Origin: Promethearchaeota archaeon
GTDB taxonomy: Archaea; Asgardarchaeota; Heimdallarchaeia; Hodarchaeales; Hodarchaeaceae
DNA: 64,000 bases
Direction: 5' to 3'
NCBI GenBank assembly: GCA_048938105.1
Contig: JBHLMN010000005.1
Span: 32,001 to 96,000, forward strand
In this document: positions 50,574-61,302 of the stretch, piece after piece
Layout of the letters: each line of letters starts with the position of its first letter
How positions within the stretch are numbered: position 1 is the first letter of the stretch
Program-made: the position numbers and the translations under genes
Notes under the pieces: model-generated
What the model was told of the DNA's origin: nothing
The model's input: only the letters and a program-made list of their open reading frames with translations
The model's database searches: none

Positions 50574-50662
50574 TCTTTTATTCACATGTAACCTTTTTGA
50601 ATCCAAATAAAGCACAATATTAAAAATCATCATACTGATGGAAAAGTTCTTGTGAGTTAAGA

Positions 50663-51679
50663 ATGGTGTGGAGTTCACGAGAAAGAGTGATGGCTGCCTT
50701 TAAACATCAAGAAGCAGATCGTGTACCACTTTTTGAAGCTTGGATTGAATCATCAATAGTTGAGGCTTTAACTATAGATGGGGATTCTTATGTTGCTCGT
50801 GAAAGACTTGGCCTTGATTGTATGCCAATTGGATCATCACATCCAAAGAATACCAAGACATACGGCGATGGAATAGATGAATGGGGTCGTATGTTTAGAA
50901 GTGGTCATTATTATGGAGGAGTGGTGGATTCTGAGGAAAGCTTAGAGAAATATACTGCTCCCACTTCCCACGCAGAAGATTGGTTTCCCTCAGATATGGT
51001 TAATACAATTAAACGAAAATACGCTGAAAATTATGCCTTTTTCTTCGCGTGGCATGATTGCTCTCTAGGATTAGCTTATATGAGTATGGGAATTGAAAAT
51101 TTCTTTATTTCATTATACGATAAACCTGAATTAGTAAAAGCAGTAATTGAGAGGAGTACTGAATGGACAATAGCGTTAGTTGATCAAGCTAACCAAGCTG
51201 AAGTCGATTTCATTATTCTCGGAGATGATGCTGCAGAAAACTCACGACCAATGATATCACCTGATCTATTTCGTAAATTAATCTTTCCTGAATATAAAAA
51301 AATCATAAGAGCATCCGATGTTCCAATAATTTGGCACAGTGATGGTCATATTACTTCACTTCTCCCAATGATCATTGAAGCTGGTTTCGAGGGAGTACAT
51401 TCGTTAGAATCAAAAGCAAACATTGATCTGGCTGAAATTAAAAAGAAATACGGTGATAAACTCGTTTTAGCAGGAAACTTAGATACTACAAATGTGCTTT
51501 GTCAAGGAAATCTGAATCTTGTTAGAAAAGATGTGGAACGCTGTATAAGACAAGGCGCCCCAGGAGGTGGGTATTTATTCTCATCTAGTAACAGCTTATT
51601 TGAGGGCCATAATATCAAAGCCATTTTGGAGGCTTATCGCTATGCGAAGGAAATTGGAGTTTACCCAATTAGTCTCTAA
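50663..51679 (+). CDS. uroporphyrinogen decarboxylase / cobalamin methyltransferase (MtaA/CmuA-like) family protein
   Basis: SRERVMAAF...DRVP, DEWG, GDD, WHSDG, GNLD, GGGYLFSSSN. Confidence 0.88.
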   Translation: MVWSSRERVMAAFKHQEADRVPLFEAWIESSIVEALTIDGDSYVARERLGLDCMPIGSSHPKNTKTYGDGIDEWGRMFRSGHYYGGVVDSEESLEKYTAPTSHAEDWFPSDMVNTIKRKYAENYAFFFAWHDCSLGLAYMSMGIENFFISLYDKPELVKAVIERSTEWTIALVDQANQAEVDFIILGDDAAENSRPMISPDLFRKLIFPEYKKIIRASDVPIIWHSDGHITSLLPMIIEAGFEGVHSLESKANIDLAEIKKKYGDKLVLAGNLDTTNVLCQGNLNLVRKDVERCIRQGAPGGGYLFSSSNSLFEGHNIKAILEAYRYAKEIGVYPISL

Positions 51680-51812
51680 AATTCAAGCTGTTTAGGTTCC
51701 TCGAATATCCTTTAATTTTTCAAGAATTTGGGGGAAATTTCAATAGAAAGAGTGCTTTAATCAAAATAGACTAGTTCGTATGATTTTCACAAATATAGTT
51801 TCATTTAAATTC

Positions 51813-52853
51813 TCAAATGTGAAAGTAAAATTCTCTAGGTTTAAGTTCTTTGATCGTATCAGTCTCTTTTGCAATTTTTCTTCTAATATCAGTACATAAA
51901 TGGCATTTAGAAATATAACCATCAGAATTCTCTTGATAATTGTAATTTTCAACAGAGAAATCATATAGATCTTTCATATTTCCCAAGATGAGATGTCTTA
52001 AAACTGGAAAATCCTCAAGACTAATACCCTCATTACACAAAGAATCTAAATTTCTAATATTACCCCAGGAAAAGCCTCCACAATAGCCAGGAATATAATT
52101 TCCAAAATTATCAAAATGATTATGCCAGTTTCTTATTAATTCTAATTGGCAATTCTCTTTGAAGAAGAAGCTTGACGGGTAATTTCGATATAATTTTTGA
52201 AGTTTATAAGCAGCCCTACCCATTTGAAACAATTCAACTTTTCTCTGCAAATCCTTAATATTAACTAATTTTAAATACTGTTCAATCGAAAGTTTCTCTT
52301 TGATGCCTAAACTTTTGAATTGATAATAGTAATACATTTGATAAATTAGTACATTATTACCGAAAATGTCTTTGCTTATATTTATAGCCCGTTTAATGTG
52401 CTCAAATGGGATATGTTCTAAGATGAAGGGATTAACACTAATCAAAATGCCTCTTAGGCCATTTTCTCTTAATTCCATCAATTTTTCTAAAGTAGATTCA
52501 TCATTTTTACACCAATGACAATTAGTTTCTACAAAGAGGGAGGGAATTTTAAATTCACTAGCAAATTGTACACTTTTCAATAGAACATCGTAATTTAGGA
52601 ACGGTTCACCACCAGTTATATGAAGACCATAATTCAGGCTTACATTTTCAGACCCATAAGGTGAAGGTTTAATGAATTCAGATAATTTTTCTAAAGTAAT
52701 TTCTAAATCTTTCTCATTGATCCAAGTATTCTCCCATTTTGGTGAACAAAAATACATACAATGTTTACACTCACAGCTACATCGATAAGAAAGAATTAAT
52801 CCCCCAGATATTGGTTTAGGAACTAAAAATTTCTTCATTGTCATGCTTCTCAA
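51813..52853 (-). CDS. radical SAM protein
   Basis: CSCECKHC (CxxxCxxC), TGGEPF, ETN; extra C-terminal Cys residues. Confidence 0.92.
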   Translation of the reverse strand: MRSMTMKKFLVPKPISGGLILSYRCSCECKHCMYFCSPKWENTWINEKDLEITLEKLSEFIKPSPYGSENVSLNYGLHITGGEPFLNYDVLLKSVQFASEFKIPSLFVETNCHWCKNDESTLEKLMELRENGLRGILISVNPFILEHIPFEHIKRAINISKDIFGNNVLIYQMYYYYQFKSLGIKEKLSIEQYLKLVNIKDLQRKVELFQMGRAAYKLQKLYRNYPSSFFFKENCQLELIRNWHNHFDNFGNYIPGYCGGFSWGNIRNLDSLCNEGISLEDFPVLRHLILGNMKDLYDFSVENYNYQENSDGYISKCHLCTDIRRKIAKETDTIKELKPREFYFHI

Positions 52854-52942
52854 TAAGAAATCAAATGTATAAAATAAAGATTATCCTCAAAAAAAGATGA
52901 ATAGAAGCAAGAAATGGAAAAAAAAGAGGGAGAAAGGAAAAA

Positions 52943-54040
52943 TCATTTTTTCCTTTTTGATTTCATCAGAATCGCAGTAAAGGCAAAAATTAGGGGAAGA
53001 ATCATGAATCCAGGTGTACTACTTGATGTTTCACCTGAAGTCTCCTCAACATCCTCTTCTGCAATTGTCCAGAGACTAAAATGAGTTGTGTTGCAATAAA
53101 GTGTGTCTCCTTCTAACCATTGATGTTTTGGTGTTTCCCATGTCTTAGAAGATTCATCATAAAACATGAACTTAAGTTTTTCCATGTTTTTGACGCCTAA
53201 TTCCTTCTGTATTTGATTTGTGAACTCATAGGAAAAATTCGCTTGAATCTGAGCTGAATTATTCATCTCAATCGCAATTGTTTGTGTCCGAATTCGATGT
53301 TGTTTCTGATTCATCGCTTGAGGAGATTTCTCATACTCTGTTACTATTATCTCTGAACTCTGATTTAATTTCAGTTGAAGAGAAAAGCCACTTTGTGTAT
53401 GTATCTGGTACCTATGACCAGCCTGAACGGCAAATCCTGTTCCATTTTGGCAATTAAATGGCGTTCCTGGAGTAGGATTACGATCAAGACTTTCATCGCT
53501 TTCAGTCGCAAGAATGGTCCAAATACTGAAATGTGGCGTATTGCAAAAAACAGATGCCCCATCAGACGTTATTTCAACCCAATTTTGATGAGCATATTGC
53601 CATTGAAACCTTGAAGTGTTGTAAAATGCCCATCGGAAAGTTGAAACATTACCAAGACCAGCAAGTTCATTATTGGTATAGTTTTTGTACATCGTTGCGT
53701 TCATGGCACAGGTACCATTTAGTTCAATATGCATGTACCGATTTACAGCGCGAGTTTGGTTTGGTAACGGGCCTGCAGGGTTCGTTTCTGATTCATTGAT
53801 TCTAAGTCTGGCACTTTCATTTGTACGGATCCTGATGTGGTTCCCGGACATAGTTCTTACTTGAGTTCTATTTCCAGCCGTAATATTGATTTTCTCTCCA
53901 TTACCTGCAGTTATCCAAGGTTCATCTGGGGGACCAGCTGTAATTAAACTTGTGTCAGCTGCCACAGGAACTGAAAAGTATACTCCAAGCAGACCGAGAG
54001 TCAATACGAAATAAATTAAGTTTTTTATTCTCATGATCAT
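52943..54040 (-). CDS. surface protein with two repeated domains ending in CNTxHFSxW and a PGF-CTERM-like anchor
   Basis: signal peptide, internal duplication, Ser/Thr linker, TPGF + TM + KSKRKK. Confidence 0.8.
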   Translation of the reverse strand: MIMRIKNLIYFVLTLGLLGVYFSVPVAADTSLITAGPPDEPWITAGNGEKINITAGNRTQVRTMSGNHIRIRTNESARLRINESETNPAGPLPNQTRAVNRYMHIELNGTCAMNATMYKNYTNNELAGLGNVSTFRWAFYNTSRFQWQYAHQNWVEITSDGASVFCNTPHFSIWTILATESDESLDRNPTPGTPFNCQNGTGFAVQAGHRYQIHTQSGFSLQLKLNQSSEIIVTEYEKSPQAMNQKQHRIRTQTIAIEMNNSAQIQANFSYEFTNQIQKELGVKNMEKLKFMFYDESSKTWETPKHQWLEGDTLYCNTTHFSLWTIAEEDVEETSGETSSSTPGFMILPLIFAFTAILMKSKRKK

Positions 54041-54358
54041 TCACCAATTAATGAAATTAATAGGTTGATTAGCTTCAATCAGCTTATATTTAATTTCTTT
54101 GAGGAACACTTTTTTGGGAGGCTAATTAATTGAAATAGAGTTTCTTTCCCCTTGTAAATTTATATTACCTATTAATTCTCAAATTAATTGATTTTTAATC
54201 TAGTAAATCAAAAACATCCCTTATTTCTCAATTGAAATTTTGAGACTTAAATCCAATCAAGAGGTCATCTTTTTTTAGAAAATTCATCTAAAGAGAAAAT
54301 TAATATTAAGAAAAAGGCTTTAAAAGATCTAAAAATGCGATTAAACTCATTAAACAAT

Positions 54359-55867
54359 TTAATTTGTTTTACTACGTCTTTTAATTGCTTCAATTAACAC
54401 TTTATATTTGGTAGGATTGAGAAAATATCGTTCACCTTTGAGCTCTATTAATTTAATCCTTTGAAATTTCTTTGTATGATAACGAATTGACTCTTTTGAA
54501 GATCCTAAATAGTCTGTCAACGCATTGAGATCCCAAGAATTCATTTCTTGGAAAGCTTTTGCGACTCTAAAGCCTACTCCAGAGATTATAGCAAAATAAA
54601 GTTCTAAGAAATCGGGAGTAGGTTCATTTCTTAGCAAATAAAAGATTTCATACTGACCAAAGACTTTTCTTTTAATTATCCTGAAATCTTCTAATACTTG
54701 TAAATGCCATCGAAGGCTTGAAATTCCTATTTGCAATTCCCTTTTCAATTCACGGAAGTGTAGGAAGTCTCGGTTTTCGAGTATTGCAATTATTTGATTG
54801 CGATATTGATTTTCAAGAACATCATATTCATCTATTCTTCTAACAACTGGAGGATAAAGTATTTGGCCTATTAATAAAAGGGGTGAAAGGAAAATAATTG
54901 AAAACCAATCACGATCTTTAGGAATTTCTAGATCTTTAGAATTAAATACCCATTTAGTAATTAAATAGGCTAATCCAAGGAATAAAGATGTTACAGTGAT
55001 GATAACTAAGCCTGTTTGGACTGTCTCTTCGGAAATGTTGAACAGCGGCAGTAATGGGGGATTAGAAGATTGTTTGACTTCTGAGCTTGATTGAGACTGT
55101 GAAATTTTAGATAATTCGATTCCAGATGTAATAACTGAGGTTAAAAATTGATTAAAAGAAGTAAATGATGAGTTATACTCCTTTAGCGATAAAGGAATAG
55201 CGAAGACAAATCCTGCCTGTTTCATAAATCCTGTGATTGATGTTTTACCTTCAGGAGTATTTTGACTTGTAGCAATACTATAAGAATCATCAATAGTAGT
55301 AGCAATACCAAGATTACCTTGAACTTCTAAGGTTGAATTTTCGTTGAACTGAAACGGAACTTTGGTGAAAGTGTCATTCATTATCGTTAGAGTTATGTTT
55401 CCGACTTCATTACCAGATGGCCATTCTTTTTGACCAGAACTTATATGTAGGCCTAACATAGAATGGAATGGTGTTGGAAATCGCCAAATCTGAGGGGAGA
55501 TAATTACAAAAACACCACCCTCTCGGACGAATTTTTCGATACTCTCAACAACTGTCTCATTAAACGGAGAGGTTACTTTACTTAAAATCATTATTATTTG
55601 AGAGTAGGTATTTAGGTAGTTTTGGTTAAAAAATAAATTATTTAAGTCTTCAGAAGTCTGAATGTCAATAAGCTCGCTGTTTGAGTTCAGAGATTGGTTT
55701 AAAGCAGTTGCTAAAGCATAATCAGAATTACTTTCCGCTAGAAAGAGGGTTAACTCCCTTTGATTAGAATTACCTGATACCGAAGTAGGCTGGGTCTCAT
55801 TGAATAGAAAGAGGAGAATAATTACCATCAATAACATGTAATTCATTGCGATATTCCGAAATTTCAC
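54359..55867 (-). CDS. membrane-anchored transcriptional regulator (extracellular domain, TM, tandem winged HTH)
   Basis: signal peptide, alpha/beta ectodomain (IEKFVREGGVFVII), TM, LHFRELKRELQIGISSLRWHLQVLE and a second HTH SKESIRYHTKKF. Confidence 0.8.
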   Translation of the reverse strand: MKFRNIAMNYMLLMVIILLFLFNETQPTSVSGNSNQRELTLFLAESNSDYALATALNQSLNSNSELIDIQTSEDLNNLFFNQNYLNTYSQIIMILSKVTSPFNETVVESIEKFVREGGVFVIISPQIWRFPTPFHSMLGLHISSGQKEWPSGNEVGNITLTIMNDTFTKVPFQFNENSTLEVQGNLGIATTIDDSYSIATSQNTPEGKTSITGFMKQAGFVFAIPLSLKEYNSSFTSFNQFLTSVITSGIELSKISQSQSSSEVKQSSNPPLLPLFNISEETVQTGLVIITVTSLFLGLAYLITKWVFNSKDLEIPKDRDWFSIIFLSPLLLIGQILYPPVVRRIDEYDVLENQYRNQIIAILENRDFLHFRELKRELQIGISSLRWHLQVLEDFRIIKRKVFGQYEIFYLLRNEPTPDFLELYFAIISGVGFRVAKAFQEMNSWDLNALTDYLGSSKESIRYHTKKFQRIKLIELKGERYFLNPTKYKVLIEAIKRRSKTN

Positions 55868-56047
55868 CTAAGAACCTCAGAGATCTACTCTCACATATTC
55901 ATCTAGTCTTGAATTTTATGAATATTTTTGATTATTGGATCACTTTTTTTGGGGTCATGTTAAGGTATGATTTAATATGGTGTAATTTTACCAGGCAATA
56001 ATAGATTTTACTTATTATGAATAAGGCGTTTTTTAGAAAGAAAAGAG

Positions 56048-57259
56048 TTGATTATTCTGGTTAAAAAATACGATGTGGTAGTAGTAGGTGCTGGCCCAGC
56101 TGGTAGTGTAGCTGCCATGAAAGCTGTTGAAGGAGGAGCTGAAACACTAATTTTAGAGAGGTATAGTCTCCCTAGATTTAAACTCTGTGGGGGTGGGGTG
56201 GCAAATTGGGTTGTCAGGCGTTTGAATATACCTAAAGAAATACTCCAGAGAAGGTACGATATTCTATCCTTCTTCACCCCTCCTGATTATGAGCGTCATG
56301 ATATTGAACTCGGAACAACAAGTTATTTCGGCGTATATAGAGATGAATTTGATCATTATCTGACAACATTGGCTATTAAGAAAGGTGCAAAATTGAGGGA
56401 AAAATCAAGAGTTATCGGAGTGATTAAAGAGGAAGGACAAGTAAAGGGAGTTGTAACTTCCACAGGAGAAGAAATTCTAGCTGATGTGGTTATTGCATGT
56501 GACGGAGCCTCCTCAAGAATATCAAAATTATCTGGGATGTGGACTAAATGGTCGAAAGATGTGAGAGTGAAATGGCAAGATCAGATGAGCTATTGTGTCG
56601 GTATTGAAGTGAAATTGGGCCAAAAAGTTATTAGTGAAAGATTCGGTAATTCTTACATGATTTTCACTGGAAAAGAGATCGCACCATTAGGTTATGCTTG
56701 GTTGTTTCCAAAATTCGAGAATGTTTCAGTTGGGTTAGGATCGATGGCAAAAACTTTAGAAAAGAAGCCAATGGATTATATGAACAAATTTTTGACCAAT
56801 AATCCAGTAGCTTCCAAGCTACTGAAAGGAGGAGAAAGGGTGTTGTCAAGAGGAGCTTGGTTGCCTGCATGGAAACCAGGTGGAAGTGTCTATAAACCCA
56901 GTTTCGATGCAGGTTTGCTAATAGCTGGTGATGCTGCAGGCATGGTTTCTTCAATTACTGGTGAAGGGATATATTATGCAGTTCGTGCTGGGATCGAAGC
57001 AGGTATTACAGCAGCAGAAGCAGTTTTTGAAGGTGATTTTTCAAAAGAGTTTCTTTCAAGATATCAAGAGCGATGGAAAGCATCAATTGGTGTTGCCTTG
57101 GATTTTCAAGATCAAATTTTTCACGAGACTGTTGGTAAAATTCTCACTCTAAAGGATGAAAAGAAACGTGAAATTCAATATGAGAGGGGTTTCATCCAAG
57201 CATTCAAGATGTTGATCGAATTCGTCCAAGAATATGCCAAACAGAAAAAAAGGGCTTAA
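56048..57259 (+). CDS. geranylgeranyl reductase family flavoprotein
   Basis: GAGPAG, KLCGGG, ACDG, PLGYAWLFPK, GDAAG, TGEGI. Confidence 0.9.
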   Translation: MIILVKKYDVVVVGAGPAGSVAAMKAVEGGAETLILERYSLPRFKLCGGGVANWVVRRLNIPKEILQRRYDILSFFTPPDYERHDIELGTTSYFGVYRDEFDHYLTTLAIKKGAKLREKSRVIGVIKEEGQVKGVVTSTGEEILADVVIACDGASSRISKLSGMWTKWSKDVRVKWQDQMSYCVGIEVKLGQKVISERFGNSYMIFTGKEIAPLGYAWLFPKFENVSVGLGSMAKTLEKKPMDYMNKFLTNNPVASKLLKGGERVLSRGAWLPAWKPGGSVYKPSFDAGLLIAGDAAGMVSSITGEGIYYAVRAGIEAGITAAEAVFEGDFSKEFLSRYQERWKASIGVALDFQDQIFHETVGKILTLKDEKKREIQYERGFIQAFKMLIEFVQEYAKQKKRA

Positions 57260-57335
57260 AAGAGGTCATTTGGATATAAAGACTAAAAGCAATTTAGTCA
57301 AGTTAATTTGTTTCAGAAATATTGATGGATAAACG

Positions 57336-58967
57336 ATGTCATTAGGAAAAAATAACACAACAAGAATAGTTGTCTTTTCTGATCTACATATTAGTAAATT
57401 TTCTGGCTATTTTCATGAGGAAGCGTTTACGAATGGTATTATGAGTATCGCACAAGAGATTAGGACTAATCCTGAAACCATTATATTAAACCTGGGAGAT
57501 ATTACTGATCAAGGTACTATTGAAGACTATAATTATGCTAATGCGTTGATCAAAGGAACATTCGCTACACATGGGGTAGAACAACCCGTTATCCATTATA
57601 TCCCAGGAAATCATGACTTTCGGAATATTGGTAGAGAAATTTGGCATGATTTATATGGCCCACGCCATTTTTTTATTGATACAACAAAAACTGGTGGTAA
57701 TCTTGTCATTCTTGGAATAGATTCCGTCGAACCAGATGCTAATAGTGGACATATAGGTTCACGGGGGCGAGATGAGATATTTGCTAGGCTTTCTTCTTAT
57801 CCAGATGAAGTAGTGAAGATCCTTACATTTCATCATCATTTATTACCCATTCCTAATACAGGTCGCGAACGAAGCATGATTCGGGATGCAGGTGATGTTC
57901 TCCCTGCATTGTGGGACGTTGGTGTCGATATTGTTATTGTGGGGCATCGTCATTTCCCAAATTGCTTTAGTATTTCCAATGGAAAAAGAAAAATGTTATT
58001 AATTAACAATGGAACCTTTTCTAGTCATAAAACCCGAGGAAAAGCTGGCCATGTATATTTATCTTTAGAGGTTTCAAATCAACAAGTACAAGTCCAATTT
58101 CATGGCATTGATAGGTATTCCATTTTTCAAAAGCCCACAACTTCAATTCATCCTTTGAAAAATGGGGTTTTGACTTCTTACTCCTTACCTCAACCTTCTG
58201 AGCAGATTCTTGCCAAAATTTGTCACATGGGTTGTATCCATTTCACAGAGGGAAAAGATTTCCAAAGAGATATTTTTGATAAGGGCATTGAAATGGTTTT
58301 TGAAGAAAAACCATCTCTAATCGTTGATTGTGGGGGATTAACTAATGATTCATATGAAGAAGACTACAATATGGCTAAGAAATTTCTTGATACTCTAAAA
58401 GTGAAAAAAACTCCAATAGTTTTAGTACCAGGAACAAGAGATCTACAACCTTTTGGCCAAAAACTTTGGTATAACCAAATAGGGGCTTTAAATCCTATTT
58501 ACGATGATGAAAGAAATCATATTCATGTTTTTGGAATTAATACAGGGCCTGAACAGAATGGGCTTATCGGCAGACATAATTTGAAATTGTTAAAAGATGA
58601 TTTTGATAAGTTTAAAGACAATAGAATCTTTATTATGTTAATGCATCACTCCTGTATGCCCGTACCTCAAACAGCATTTGAGCGAACCATAAAAGACGCA
58701 GGTGACGTCCTTGAATTTTTTACTGAACAAAAAATTCCCTTAATTTTATCAGGATTAGGCCACTCTGCAGGCGTGTTGCAAGTGGAGGAAAGTGTTTTTA
58801 TTAATGCTGGAACCTTTTCTTCTAGAAAAATCCGATCAGAGAAGAGGAATACATACAATATTCTAACTATCTATAGTAATAAAGTTCTTGTTGTAGAGGA
58901 AGTTGAAATTCATAGCTCTAAAAGACACCACCTAGGTAGTTTTCGAATTCCTATTCCTGAAGTATAA
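57336..58967 (+). CDS. tandem metallophosphoesterase (Icc/CpdA-like), second domain degenerate
   Basis: domain 1: SDLH, GD, GNHD, HHH, GHRH; domain 2: GCIH, GG, GTRD, HH, GLGH. Confidence 0.88.
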   Translation: MSLGKNNTTRIVVFSDLHISKFSGYFHEEAFTNGIMSIAQEIRTNPETIILNLGDITDQGTIEDYNYANALIKGTFATHGVEQPVIHYIPGNHDFRNIGREIWHDLYGPRHFFIDTTKTGGNLVILGIDSVEPDANSGHIGSRGRDEIFARLSSYPDEVVKILTFHHHLLPIPNTGRERSMIRDAGDVLPALWDVGVDIVIVGHRHFPNCFSISNGKRKMLLINNGTFSSHKTRGKAGHVYLSLEVSNQQVQVQFHGIDRYSIFQKPTTSIHPLKNGVLTSYSLPQPSEQILAKICHMGCIHFTEGKDFQRDIFDKGIEMVFEEKPSLIVDCGGLTNDSYEEDYNMAKKFLDTLKVKKTPIVLVPGTRDLQPFGQKLWYNQIGALNPIYDDERNHIHVFGINTGPEQNGLIGRHNLKLLKDDFDKFKDNRIFIMLMHHSCMPVPQTAFERTIKDAGDVLEFFTEQKIPLILSGLGHSAGVLQVEESVFINAGTFSSRKIRSEKRNTYNILTIYSNKVLVVEEVEIHSSKRHHLGSFRIPIPEV

Positions 58968-59080
58968 TATCTTGAAGATTATGGTAAAGAAGTATATACA
59001 CTCCGATCCATGTTGGGATTATTGATAGAAAAAAGAAAAAGGGAATGAAATGGTTATATAGGGTGGTTTGGGATTTTAAA

Positions 59081-59356
59081 TCATTTTTGCATTTTTTGAT
59101 ATGCTTCGACGACTTTAGCAACCTCAAAAATCGGTGTAAAAGTGAATTCCATCTCTGGAGCATAATATAATGCCAGATTGGTTAAATGTTCTGGGTTATC
59201 TGTCTCATATAATTGAAAACCCCTGAACTCTCCACCTAATCCAAAACCATCAGTTATTGACTCTGGGAAATCAGGCCAAGACTCTTGATCTAAATATTTT
59301 TTCAGGACTTTGTCGAAGTCTTTGGGATCAAACTCCCAAAATCCAATATATTTCAT
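59081..59356 (-). CDS. small ferredoxin-fold protein (DUF3303-like)
   Basis: MKYIGFWEF...GFQLYETD...FTPIF pattern. Confidence 0.6.
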   Translation of the reverse strand: MKYIGFWEFDPKDFDKVLKKYLDQESWPDFPESITDGFGLGGEFRGFQLYETDNPEHLTNLALYYAPEMEFTFTPIFEVAKVVEAYQKMQK

Positions 59357-59623
59357 CTTTTTATCTCTCCATTACTCATTTGTACTTCAATGCTTTGTCA
59401 TATAGATAAGTTGAGAAAGCATAATGAAAAGACATAAATTTTAACTTAAATTCTTTTGCACTAGAATTCAATCTAATCTTCAACCACGAATTATTTGTCT
59501 AAGACTCCCCAAAACGGAATTTCCTGACACTTTCCATTTATCAAAAAGCATAATGCGGATATTTTTTTTAGATTCTCTTTTAAATTTCTGTGAACTCATC
59601 AAACCTCGAGGTGAATACTTAGT

Positions 59624-59947
59624 ATGACCTTAGAGAAGATGAGTTCAACACCGAAGAAAATAAGTTTCAATGTACCTACATACTTAGAATTTCTTCCCCC
59701 GTTGAAATCCTTACAACTAAGTCCCACAGAACAGAAGTTATACCTCCAGCTGTCATTAGAATTTCAGATTGTAATGGATCACGCTCCTAGTTTTCAGGTG
59801 GGGGCCTATAAATGGAATAAATTGCTTCCTGAACGGTTAGCTATGTATGGGATAACTTCTGAGGAGTGGGAAAGAATCTCTACCATTGGTGACAATAATG
59901 ATGAGATTCAAGACCAACTCGTTGAACTTGTTGAAAGACTTAATTAA
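59624..59947 (+). CDS. hypothetical protein
   Basis: 107-aa ORF preceded by GAGGTGA Shine-Dalgarno. Confidence 0.65.
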   Translation: MTLEKMSSTPKKISFNVPTYLEFLPPLKSLQLSPTEQKLYLQLSLEFQIVMDHAPSFQVGAYKWNKLLPERLAMYGITSEEWERISTIGDNNDEIQDQLVELVERLN

Positions 59948-59993
59948 GTCACATAATTTGGACTTCTTCGAATGTCTTTTCTCGAATAATAAA

Positions 59994-61172
59994 TTAGTTG
60001 TACTTTAGCTTTTTTAAGTAACAGCTAATGACTACTATACTGATTATCGTCATTATAAATGCATATGGTGTGCCTCTAGATTCGGATGTTGTAGAACTCT
60101 GAGTTGTTTCGGTTGCAGTACTTGAGCTAATAGTCGTTTCAGTTGTTGATTTAGTTGTCTCTGGTAGAGGTGTGAGAATTTGAAATGAATCAGCTAGAGT
60201 TGTTGTCTTGTTACTTTCGTGAAAAATTAGTGTATCAACGTTGACATTCAAATTTCCTTCGATAATAGTCACTGTAATATTGCAATAGTGATACTTAGAG
60301 AAATAAACATCTCCCTCCTGCCATTCAGAGAGATCGTTATTAGCATACAGGTCTGCACCAGCTCCACCCGTCGTTACATAAACAACATCATTACGGAGAG
60401 TACGATAATAATAATGGTCATGGCCAGAAAATGCTAAGTCTACATCATACTGTAGAAAGATCGGTTCGAGAACACTACGGATTTTTTGAGCATCCTCAAC
60501 ACGACCAGTATCGCGAATCGAGTAACACGGACGGTGGAACACCACTACCACGAAATCGATGGTATTATTTTCAAGATCATCGATAAGCCATGATTTTTGG
60601 TCAGGAGTGATACTAAAATCTCCATCCCAATATTCCTCTGTGTTTATGATTACAAAGTGTATTTGATTTTTATAATTAAAGCTATAGTATCATTCATTTC
60701 CAGGTAGATTAACATTTGCTAGATATGCAGAAAAATCATCATCATAGGAACCCCAGTTTCCAGGCCCTTGAGCATAAGTATATATTTCATGGTTTCCTAC
60801 AGCATAATAGAAAGGAATATTGTTTTTTGTAGAATTTTCAATATCTTCAAAATATCTGTCCCAGTCATCTTGCTCTCCTCCCGACGAGACCATATCTCCA
60901 GTATGTAAAATGAACTCTACATTTGGATTATCCTCAACAATTGAGGTTATCAATGCTGCTCGAATTGGATTACTACTATTGTCATGAGAATAATGACCTA
61001 GCGAATCATTCCAGTATCCGAATTGCTGTCGACTATCTCCTAATGCAATAAAATACCATGTGTTCGTATCATCTGTACTCATCGTAACTTTATAACTGTT
61101 TATAATTGAAATAATTCCCAAAGAGAAAATAAAAATGGCTGAGAAAACCAGTAGAGCTTGTTTTAACTTCAT
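59994..61172 (-). pseudogene. secreted purple acid phosphatase-like metallophosphoesterase with a single in-frame TGA (60690-60692)
   Basis: GDSR, TGD, GNHE | PGNE*YYSF | FHRP, GHDH; the two listed ORFs share a frame (1179 nt); C-terminal anchor. Confidence 0.85.
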
Positions 61173-61302
61173 TTTTTTCTCTCTTTACATATGTTCTTAT
61201 ATTTAAAAATTCTAGATTTTTAATTATTGAATTATCTTTATTTGAGGTGTAAGAAGTGTAATTCTTTGTCTGGAGTTAATTCTTATAAGTCATTAATTTA
61301 TT

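Noticed and set aside
50574-50678. N-terminal extension of the FGGY kinase in the ORF track
   Set aside because: It overlaps the divergent gene start and promoter; the kinase motif begins right after Met at 50573
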